Below are positions 18,246 to 27,100 of a stretch of DNA of 64,000 nt, in pieces; the stretch's first letter is position 1, and each line of letters begins with the position of its first letter. Below the pieces are notes generated by a model. It worked only from the letters and a program-made list of their open reading frames with translations, did no database searches and was not told the DNA's origin. This DNA is from an uncultured bacterium (lineage in GTDB: Bacteria; Bacillota; Clostridia; Christensenellales; CAG-917), in assembly GCA_949432885.1 (NCBI GenBank), contig CASQXY010000004.1, positions 42,900 to 106,899 on the forward strand. The letters run 5' to 3'. The position numbers and the translations under genes are program-made.

Positions 18246-19724
18246 ATGGATACAATCAAATACATCGTCAAACGTATTTTACTTGCGCTTATTATACTGC
18301 TGGGCGTTTCCGTCATTATTTACGGTCTTGCCCGAATGATGCCTACGGACTTCGTCGACAACCAGTATTCGAGCGCGGTATCAAACGGGACAATGACGCA
18401 GGCGGACGTCGACCGTATCAAGGAGCTTTACGGTCTGAATATGCCGGACGCTTTTCTTACGATAAAGGTGAACGGCATTGAAGGCTATGAAGGACAGACG
18501 TTCAGAATTAACGCCAAACAGGATACATATGAGTCGGAGGTGAAATACGGAGCCAAGACTTATTTGGCTTGGTATACGGACGGTTCCAAGGCTACGTATT
18601 ACGGAAGCGACGACACCGCTATAATTCTGAATATCAGACCCGACGAACAAACGGGCTACAATTTTGCAATAGGCAAGATTTACTCGTCGGGAGTCGATTT
18701 GCCTGATGATGTTGATGATGAAAACGCCGTGATTATGCTCGACGAGCAGTTTGTTCCCGAATATGAGGGAGTTTTCAGACTCGATGAAACCGAGGGTATG
18801 GGTATCGACCAAATAAGACAGATTTTGGTGGATTACCGCAAATCGGGAAGCGAGCACAAGAACGACGCTTTTAAGCAGACGAGCTTGAATATGGATTACC
18901 GTCTTGCAAAGGGCACGGAAAAAGCGGGCGCAGTCTTGAAGGGATATTTCAGTTGGCTCGGAAATATGTTCAAGGGAGACCTCGGTATCTCTTTCAAATA
19001 TAAAAGACCCGTTGCGGACGTTATCGTTCAGAATATGGGCATTTCGTTTGCAATAGCGTTTATCGCCACTATACTGCAATTCATTATAGCAATTCCGCTC
19101 GGAATAAAAGCCGCGGTCAACCAGTACGGCGTCGTCGACTATACTGTTACGGTTTTTGCGATGATTGGTATAAGTTTGCCGACGTTCTTCCTTGCCGCTA
19201 TCGTGATAAGAGTGTTTTCGGTCGGGCTAGGTTGGTTTGAGGTCGGAGGCATAGCCTCGGCGTCGATGCCGACGGACGCGAGCTGGATTTTGCGTCTCGG
19301 CGACAACTTGTGGCATATGATTTTGCCTATGTTCGTGCTCGTCGTGCTTTCAATAGGTTCGCTTATGCGCTACACTAGGACAAATACGCTCGAAGCGCTG
19401 AGCGCGGATTACGTGCGAACCGCGCGCGCAAAAGGACTCAGCGAAAAGACGGTCGTATACAAGCACGCATTTAGAAATACTATGATTCCGCTCGTTACGC
19501 TCATGGCGGGAATACTGCCCAGTCTGTTCGGCGGAGCGATGATTACCGAAACCGTTTTCAGTATCCCCGGCATAGGTAAGCTGGCTTACGATGCGCTTAT
19601 TGTGGCGGACGTACCCTTTATAATGGGATACAACATGTTTATGGCTATATTGACAGTTATAGGAACGCTGTTCAGCGATTTGATGTACGCCGTGGTCGAC
19701 CCGCGCGTTAAGATTGGACGATAG
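18246..19724 (+). CDS. ABC transporter permease, OppB/DppB-like, with a roughly 190-aa extracytoplasmic insertion (492 aa)
   Basis: The N-terminus IKYIVKRILLALIILLGVSVIIYGLARMMP and the C-terminal core (LSADYVRTARAKGLSEKTVVYKHAFRNTMIPLVT) are canonical. A long non-hydrophobic segment (about 18365-18950) follows TM1. Confidence 0.85.
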   Translation: MDTIKYIVKRILLALIILLGVSVIIYGLARMMPTDFVDNQYSSAVSNGTMTQADVDRIKELYGLNMPDAFLTIKVNGIEGYEGQTFRINAKQDTYESEVKYGAKTYLAWYTDGSKATYYGSDDTAIILNIRPDEQTGYNFAIGKIYSSGVDLPDDVDDENAVIMLDEQFVPEYEGVFRLDETEGMGIDQIRQILVDYRKSGSEHKNDAFKQTSLNMDYRLAKGTEKAGAVLKGYFSWLGNMFKGDLGISFKYKRPVADVIVQNMGISFAIAFIATILQFIIAIPLGIKAAVNQYGVVDYTVTVFAMIGISLPTFFLAAIVIRVFSVGLGWFEVGGIASASMPTDASWILRLGDNLWHMILPMFVLVVLSIGSLMRYTRTNTLEALSADYVRTARAKGLSEKTVVYKHAFRNTMIPLVTLMAGILPSLFGGAMITETVFSIPGIGKLAYDALIVADVPFIMGYNMFMAILTVIGTLFSDLMYAVVDPRVKIGR

Positions 19725-19735
19725 GAGGTGAGATT

Positions 19736-21094
19736 ATGAAAAAGGATAAAACCGTAAAAGAACCCATTGTCTCCCAAAACCTGTCCGAAACGGCTGTGGT
19801 TAACGTCGGCGACGAAATCGAGAAAACTTCCGAACAAATGATAGAGTCCGTTGAAGATACCGCCGTCGCGGAAAAATTTGAAGACATAGAAGACGCCGAA
19901 AACATACAAACTAATCTCGACGATATTTCCGAAACGGAGCCAATACAGGCTATCGGGGATATAAACGCCGAAGCGGACGGCGCGGCAGGCGGGACCACGG
20001 ATTCGACTTCTGCGGACTCGGATGGAGGCGGAAGCTCAAACTCCTCCGACGGTAACGAGGAGAGCTTGGAAGAGATTACGGGCCGTACGCTCAGCCCCGG
20101 AAGAATAGTGCTCAAAAGATTCTTCCGCTCAAAGCTCTCGATGACGGGACTTGTCATTTTGATTGCGCTGTTCCTGTTCTCGTTTATCGGACCGCTGTTC
20201 AACGTGCTCCCCTTTATTTGGGGAGAAAAGCAGCCCGATTATTCGAGCAGTGTGAAAGAAGATACGATGATAAAGGTTGAAATTTCGCCTAGTGAAAACA
20301 GCGATTACGCTGTATACGACAGCGAAGAAGGCGGAAGCAATACGGTTTATATCGTCATTTCCTCCAATCCGAGCAACAACCTTAAACCGTCCTCAACGCA
20401 CTGGTTCGGCACAGACGACAAGGGCTACGACGTGTTCTCGCGTCTGATGTACGGCGGAAGAATCTCGCTTACGATAGGATTTGTCGTCGTTCTGCTTGAA
20501 ACTCTTATCGGCGTTATACTCGGCGGTATCGCGGGCTATTTCGGCAAATGGGTGGACCAGATTATCATGCGTGTAGTTGATATATTCAACTGCGTGCCTA
20601 CGCTTCCGATGCTTATGATTGTGGGCGTTGCTCTCGAATCGCTGGATATTTACGGAGTCGAAAGACTGTACATAATGATGGCGATGATGACCTTGTTCGG
20701 ATGGGCGGGCACCGCAAGACTGGTGCGCGGACAGATACTGTCGCTTCGTGAGCAGGACTTTATGCTGAGCGCTGAGGCGAGCGGACTTACGATAAGGCGT
20801 AAGATATTCAAGCATCTGATACCCAACGTATTGCCGCAGTTGATTGTTTCGATGACGCTGGGTCTCGGAAGCGTAATCCTTATGGAAGCTACGCTCGGAT
20901 ATCTCGGAATCGGCTTGCCGACCGAATACGCGACTTGGGGCAATATGATTAACGCCGCCGCGAACAACACTGCGCTGAGGCTATACCCGAATCTTTGGAT
21001 TCCGCCGGGAATCTGTATTGTGCTCGCCGTTCTCGCATTTAACTTCGTAGGCGACGGATTGCGCGACGCGTTCGACCCGAAGGCAAGGAGATAA
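19736..21094 (+). CDS. ABC transporter permease, OppC/DppC-like, with a roughly 115-aa acidic N-terminal extension (452 aa)
   Basis: RBS ggaggtga. The core is canonical (WFGTDDKGYDVFSRLMYGGRISL...SLREQDFMLSAEASGL...LRDAFDPK). The N-terminus is rich in Asp, Glu and Ser. Confidence 0.85.
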   Translation: MKKDKTVKEPIVSQNLSETAVVNVGDEIEKTSEQMIESVEDTAVAEKFEDIEDAENIQTNLDDISETEPIQAIGDINAEADGAAGGTTDSTSADSDGGGSSNSSDGNEESLEEITGRTLSPGRIVLKRFFRSKLSMTGLVILIALFLFSFIGPLFNVLPFIWGEKQPDYSSSVKEDTMIKVEISPSENSDYAVYDSEEGGSNTVYIVISSNPSNNLKPSSTHWFGTDDKGYDVFSRLMYGGRISLTIGFVVVLLETLIGVILGGIAGYFGKWVDQIIMRVVDIFNCVPTLPMLMIVGVALESLDIYGVERLYIMMAMMTLFGWAGTARLVRGQILSLREQDFMLSAEASGLTIRRKIFKHLIPNVLPQLIVSMTLGLGSVILMEATLGYLGIGLPTEYATWGNMINAAANNTALRLYPNLWIPPGICIVLAVLAFNFVGDGLRDAFDPKARR

Positions 21095-21097
21095 GCC

Positions 21098-22900
21098 ATG
21101 AATCAGGAAGAAAAAAAGCAGAAGAATAAACATTATATATCGGCGAAGGAATCGCGCGAGATTGTCAAAAACAACAACAGGACGATACGCGAGTTGCAGC
21201 GTAAGCGTAAATCCTACAAGCGTGAGGATTACGTCACAGAAATGCGCGACCCGAACAATATTGTCGAGTTTGACGATTTGCACACTTATTTCTTTACGGA
21301 TAACGGCGTAGTCAAAGCGGTCAACGGAGTGTCTTTCGATATTCCGCAGGGTTCGACGGTAGGCGTAGTCGGCGAGTCCGGCTGCGGAAAGTCGGTCACA
21401 AGCCTTTCGCTCATGCAGTTGGTGCAAGGACCTATGGGTCAAATCGTCAGCGGAAGCATACGTTTCCGTTCCACTGTGCGCGAGTCCTGCGTGGAGCCTC
21501 TTATGAAGCCGCAGACGGACGAGTTCGGGAATACCGTCACCGATGAAAACGGCAACCCCGTCATGGTGCAGGTAGTGGACAAAAACGGCGAGCCAGTATC
21601 CAAGAAGCAGAGCAAAGAGCCAGTTATGGTTCAGGAAAGGGTGTGCGTGCCCGTCTTCGACGAGAACGGCAACCCCGTCATGGTGCAGGCTTTGGATAAA
21701 AAGGGCAATCCCAAATATAAAAAACGCAGAATTGTCGAAGTCGGAGAAAACGTTGAAGATGCAGGCGAGATATCCGCAGAGGAATTGCATGGGAACACGC
21801 CAAATACGGTCGAATCCGCGGATTCAGTGAAGGATACTGATTCGGAAATAAGTGGGACTGATAACGCGGTTGCGGAAAGCTCCGACGAGACGTTAAAGAG
21901 CGACGCCGACGGCGAGCCCGCAGAGAAGAAGACGATAAGCGATTTGGTAGCCGCGGCGCTGGATAAGATTACCGCAAAACTGCCGAAATACGAGCAGATA
22001 CCCGTTATGGTTCAAAAGCTCGTGGAAAAGCCGATATTCGACGAGGCGGGAAACCCCGTTATGGTGCAAGCCGTCAATAGACACGGCAAGCCGAAATTCA
22101 GAAAGAAATACGACGAACACGAAGAGGTCGTCGATATTGCAAAGATGCCTGTTTCGGATATGTCGTCCATACGCGGCAGGGAAATCGCAATGATATTCCA
22201 AGAGCCTATGACAAGTCTGAATCCAGTGTTTACGATTGGATATCAGCTTGACGAAGTCACGCTTTTGCACGTGGGCGGAGCGGACAAGGACGACGCAAAG
22301 AGAAGAAGTATCGATATGCTCAAACTTGTCGGAATCGCTATGCCCGAGCACGTGTACAACTCCTATCCGCATCAGCTTTCGGGAGGTATGAGACAGCGCG
22401 TCATGATAGCAATGGCGCTGTGCTGCAATCCAAAGCTCATAATCGCGGACGAGCCCACCACCGCGCTTGACGTTACCATTCAGGCACAGATATTGGATTT
22501 GCTCCGCGAGGTCAAGGACAAGATAAGCGGAAGCATTATGCTCATCACCCACGACCTCGGAGTTATTGCGGAGATGGTTGACTACGTCGTGGTTATGTAC
22601 GCGGGAAGAGTCGTAGAAAAGGGCACGGTGAGAGAGATTTTCAAAAATCCGCTTCATCCTTACACCATCGGATTGCAGAAGAGCAAGCCCGTCGTAGGCA
22701 AGAACGTGGACAGACTGTACAGCATCCCCGGCAACGTTCCCAATCCTATCGACATGCCGTCTACTTGCTATTTCAGAGACAGGTGCGATATGCGTTGCGA
22801 GGCGTGCCGAGGCGATTATCCCGAAATGATACAGGTGTCGCCGACGCATTTCGTGGCTTGCCACAGATACAAAGATTTGCAAAAGGAGCGTGAAGAATGA
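21098..22900 (+). CDS. ABC transporter ATP-binding protein, OppD/DppD-like, with a roughly 230-aa repeat-bearing insertion (600 aa)
   Basis: Walker A GESGCGKS, Q-loop region IAMIFQEPMTSLNP, signature LSGGMRQR and Walker B LIIADEPTTALD are all present. The C-terminal Cys cluster is CYFRDRCDMRCEAC...ACH. The insertion lies between Walker A and the Q-loop (about 21470-22170). Confidence 0.85.
   Translation: MNQEEKKQKNKHYISAKESREIVKNNNRTIRELQRKRKSYKREDYVTEMRDPNNIVEFDDLHTYFFTDNGVVKAVNGVSFDIPQGSTVGVVGESGCGKSVTSLSLMQLVQGPMGQIVSGSIRFRSTVRESCVEPLMKPQTDEFGNTVTDENGNPVMVQVVDKNGEPVSKKQSKEPVMVQERVCVPVFDENGNPVMVQALDKKGNPKYKKRRIVEVGENVEDAGEISAEELHGNTPNTVESADSVKDTDSEISGTDNAVAESSDETLKSDADGEPAEKKTISDLVAAALDKITAKLPKYEQIPVMVQKLVEKPIFDEAGNPVMVQAVNRHGKPKFRKKYDEHEEVVDIAKMPVSDMSSIRGREIAMIFQEPMTSLNPVFTIGYQLDEVTLLHVGGADKDDAKRRSIDMLKLVGIAMPEHVYNSYPHQLSGGMRQRVMIAMALCCNPKLIIADEPTTALDVTIQAQILDLLREVKDKISGSIMLITHDLGVIAEMVDYVVVMYAGRVVEKGTVREIFKNPLHPYTIGLQKSKPVVGKNVDRLYSIPGNVPNPIDMPSTCYFRDRCDMRCEACRGDYPEMIQVSPTHFVACHRYKDLQKEREE
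21541..22093 (+). repeat. Five copies of a PVMVQ-centred peptide/DNA repeat inside the OppD-like insertion
   Basis: NGNPVMVQVVDKNGEP (about 21541-21595), EPVMVQERVCVPVFDE (about 21617-21665), NGNPVMVQALDKKGNP (about 21659-21712), IPVMVQKLVEKPIFDE (about 21994-22045) and AGNPVMVQAVNRHGKP (about 22039-22093). The DNA string aaccccgt(c/t)atggtgca(g/a)g recurs. Confidence 0.65.
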
Positions 22901-24120
22901 GTATGCGCACCAATAAAATAGACGAAGCCGTAAAAAACGTGACCGAATCCGCTGCGGAGGATAAAAGCGTCGAAACCGTTCTTTCTGATGATAAGGCGAA
23001 TGAAAGAACGTATATCGCCGCGTCCGAAACGGAAGCAGCGCCTATAAGCGACAGCGGCGCGCAGAGCGACTGCAACGGAGATTGCTCGGCGTGCGGAGCG
23101 GTTTGCGAATCCAAAGCGGAAAAAGACATTCCAAGTATAGATTATGAGGAACCGTATCTGCTCAGAGTCAGAAATCTGAAAGAATACTTCCCGATAAAGA
23201 CCTATTTCAACAAGAAGAAAAACGTCTATCTCAAAGCGGTCGACGGAGTGTCGTTCAATCTGAAACAGGGCAAAACGATAGGTATAGTCGGAGAATCCGG
23301 CTGCGGCAAGACAACGCTTGGAAGGACTATACTACGGCTGTACGAGCCGACTTCGGGCGAGATTGTATTCGACGGACACCATATCGAGAAGATAAAGGGC
23401 GAGGCTCTGAGAAAAATGCGTCCGCATTTCCAAATGATTTTTCAGGACCCCTATTCGTCGCTGTCTCCAAGACTTACGGTCGGTGAGATTGTCGGCGAGG
23501 CGGTAAAGACGCATAATATAGTTCCGAAATCGGATTATAAGGATTATATAGTGGATATCATGCAGAAATGCGGTTTGCAGCCGCACTATTTTGAAAGATA
23601 TCCCCACGAGTTTTCGGGCGGACAGAGACAGCGTATCTGTATTGCTAAAGCGCTCGCCTTAAAACCCAAGCTCGTCATCTGCGACGAACCCGTATCCGCG
23701 CTCGACGTGTCCATACAGGCGCAGGTCATAAATCTGTTTAAGGATTTGCAGGAATCGGAGAATTTGGCGTACATATTCATATCGCACGACCTATCCGTCG
23801 TCGAACATATCTCGGACGAGGTGGGCGTTATGTATCTGGGCAGTATGGTGGAATTCGGCACTAAGGACGATTTGTTCTCAAATCCGATGCACCCGTATAC
23901 CGAGGCTTTGTTCTCGGCGGTGCCTATACCCGACCCCGATACCAAGATAAAGAGAATAATCTTACAGGGAGACATTCCGTCTCCCGCAAATCCGCCGAGA
24001 GGATGTAAGTTTCATACAAGATGCAGCAAATGTATGGATATTTGCAGAGAAACGGAACCTAAATTCAAAGATTACGGCAACGGTCATTTTGTGGCTTGCC
24101 ACCTGTATCCGCAGGATTGA
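22897..24120 (+). CDS. ABC transporter ATP-binding protein, OppF/DppF-like, with a roughly 90-aa N-terminal extension (407 aa)
   Basis: ATGA start/stop overlap with the upstream ATPase gene. Walker A GESGCGKTT, signature FSGGQRQR and Walker B LVICDEPVSALD are present. The C-terminal Cys cluster is CKFHTRCSKCMDIC...ACH. The N-terminal extension contains CNGDCSACGAVC. Confidence 0.85.
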   Translation: MSMRTNKIDEAVKNVTESAAEDKSVETVLSDDKANERTYIAASETEAAPISDSGAQSDCNGDCSACGAVCESKAEKDIPSIDYEEPYLLRVRNLKEYFPIKTYFNKKKNVYLKAVDGVSFNLKQGKTIGIVGESGCGKTTLGRTILRLYEPTSGEIVFDGHHIEKIKGEALRKMRPHFQMIFQDPYSSLSPRLTVGEIVGEAVKTHNIVPKSDYKDYIVDIMQKCGLQPHYFERYPHEFSGGQRQRICIAKALALKPKLVICDEPVSALDVSIQAQVINLFKDLQESENLAYIFISHDLSVVEHISDEVGVMYLGSMVEFGTKDDLFSNPMHPYTEALFSAVPIPDPDTKIKRIILQGDIPSPANPPRGCKFHTRCSKCMDICRETEPKFKDYGNGHFVACHLYPQD

Positions 24121-24151
24121 GCTGGACGCGAGTCTTGCAAAGGAGTAAGAA

Positions 24152-27100
24152 ATGAAAAGAGCAAGCAATAGGCGGGGGAAAATATTTATTGCGGCCTTGG
24201 CGCTTATGCTGTGCATAATAAGCATATTTACGCTGGTCGCTTGCAATCCGGACAGCGATCCCGTCGTCGTTTATATCTTCGGCGACTACGAAGGCGCAGA
24301 GCCTTCCGTCACGCGTCCGATAATTAACGGAACCATAGTCGAGCCCGAAACGCCCGTACGCGATGGCTACGAGTTTTTGTATTGGGCGGTGCTCGGTCAA
24401 GAGGACGTGCCCTTCGATTTCTCGGGCAAGCACGACAGCGTAACGCTCGTCGCGGTCTGGAAGCCGCTTGAAGCGGGCTTTGTCGAGCTGCACTGGCAGT
24501 CCAAGGAGGAATGCGGCGCGGAATTTGTATTCTCGGGCGCGCGTCCGAACAGGGTCGAGAGGGGAACGACCGTGGTTTTCGAGGTGAAAGCGTCTCCGTT
24601 TTATACGGGAACGCCCGTCGTCTATGCGGGCGCCACAGCTCTTGAAAAGGGTGCGGACGGAAAGTATTCGTTTGTAGCGGACGCTGAGTTTACGGTGAGC
24701 GTATCCGGTCTTACGCCGGATAAAACGCCTATGGAGGGCTACGGAACGGAGGCAAGACCTTATATCGTGACCCGTCCCGTTCACGTTCAGGATATCGCCA
24801 AAAAAGTGAACGACAGGTCTGATACGGAGTATAACGAAGCGTACTTCGAGCTCGGAGCCGATATCGATTTCGATGGCGAAACGCTTATGCCTATCGGCAA
24901 CGATCTGCTGTATGCGACGATGTTTTCGGGCAGCTTCGACGGAAAGGGACATACCTTGCGCAATTTCGAGCTGGAAAGCGGACAGACCGCTTCGGCGCTT
25001 TTCGGATACACTTATCTTGCAACTATAAAAAATCTTAACGTTGTCGCCGATTTGGACATCATTTCGCCTGAGGAGGGTCTGTTTGCGGCGGGTATTGCGG
25101 CATACAGCTTCGGTTCGGATATTACGGGCTGTTCCTTTGAAGGCTCTATCAACGTTTCGTGCGATACGAATACAAATCAGACCTCGGTATATGCGGCGGG
25201 CATCGTCGGATTTATGCAGGGCGAAGTCGGAAGCACTTCGGATGATTCGGCGACTGCCACGGTTTCGTACTCTTTTGTGAGAGCGAATATCAGCTCGTAC
25301 GGAATTTACGACGCGACCGCTATCGGCGGTATCGTCGGCGGAATGAGCGGCAACGGTATTCTCGCCACTGTCAACGTGTACAACTGCTTTGCGGATGCGG
25401 AGCTCGAAGGCATTGCGATGAGAGCAGGCGGAATCGCGGGATGGATGAGAAGCCTTGCTTCCATTGATAACTGCTATACTAAGGGAATCGTTTCGACTAC
25501 AAGCAAAAAGTCGCAGGGTTCGCAAAAGGGCGGAATAGTCGGCGAAGCGTACAACGAAAACTCCTTGACCTACTGTCTGTCCGGAGTTAGCGGCGTAAGC
25601 GGAAACGTCTCCGACCGCGGCTACGGAATCATCGGTCTTATCGCTGCGCCGGATTACGTCAATATAGACGACAGAGAAACCGCGCTTATCGGCAATGTTT
25701 ATTCTTTGAAAGACAGCGTAACCAAGGGGCAGAGAACGTATTCGCTGGGCAATTTCGACGACGTTCTTGCGCTTATGGATTGGAACTCGGAGGAGTGGAA
25801 ATCAATAGACGGTTCCATACTTCCGGATGCGAAGGGAAGCGAAAGCGTTCCGCTCAAAGCGACTTTCGTATTCAAAGAAACGTACAACGAGCACGACAGA
25901 GCGACGCTGACCGAAATGGCGGACAATGAAACCGTGTACGGATATATCCCGATTTCTTATGTGTTCAGCGGAGACGGTCTCAATACGCTCACCGCCGATA
26001 ACGGCACAATATCGTACGGATTCTTCCTCGACGAGGAGTGCACGCAACGCATATCTTCCGCATTCCTGTTAAGCGGACACGATATCACGGTTTACGTCGG
26101 ATTTGCGGATTACAGCACCGTCGCGGGCGAGTATTTTATAAGGATAGGCAACAACGACGTTAAGCTCGCCTTTGACAATAACGGAATGATGACGATGTCT
26201 ACCGGCGGTATCCGCGCGAATTATATGTACGTTTACAACGGTTCGTATATCGTCGTCCACGACGCATACTTTGCATATCTCGGCTTTGAAATAAAACAGG
26301 GCGCGGACGCGCATGTGGATTTCCGCATCGATAAGAATTCCAACGGAACGCTCACTATTTACGATACGGTATTCTTCGGAGAGGGCTGTCAAAAGGACGC
26401 TATCGTTGCCAGTGAGTATAATAAGTTAATAGGCAAGTGGTATACCATGGGTCAGACGCTCGTGTATACGTTCTATGCGGACGGATCGGGCGTGCTTTCA
26501 AACGGCAACGCGTTTACGTACATCGTCAACGGCAACAGTATAACGATTACGCAGGGCAGTACCCGAATTTCTGGAATGCTGTCGGACGACGGACGTACGA
26601 TTTCGCTTTCGGGAGGGTCAACGCTTTCTATCGATAAATACGACGAATACAGCGGCACTTGGGAGAGCGCTTTCAACAATCAGCTTGTCATAAGTTTTGA
26701 CGGAGTGAATACCGCAAAGGTCGGTAACAGAACGTATACGTATTCCATTGACGACAACGGCATTCTTATTTCGCAGGAGCTCAGAGCATATTTCAACGAC
26801 AATAAAATGCTCGTGCTCGAACTCGACGGCGTTACGACCGTACTCGGGCGCGAGGGTAGCTTTATAGGAGAATGGAAGGATTCGATGCTCGATTACACTA
26901 TGACTCTGCTCGGCATAGATAAGGACGGATACGGCGTCGGATACGATAGCAACGGTTTTACCTTTACGTATAGCTACAATTCTTCGATGGAAAGCGTTCC
27001 GATAAATATGTACGTGAGGGAGACTTATTTCGGATACGGGACTTTGTCCGTTGCAAAGAAGCCCTCTCAGGAGGAAATTGACAAGGGTAAGCCTGATTTG

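Noticed and set aside
18104-18481. A 125-aa plus-strand ORF upstream of and overlapping the OppB-like start
   Set aside because: It is in a different frame from the canonical permease N-terminus. The peptide is Arg-rich and the ORF has no RBS.
20981-22882. Minus-strand ORFs of 269 aa and 329 aa
   Set aside because: They are antisense to the OppC/OppD-like genes, which carry canonical ABC motifs.
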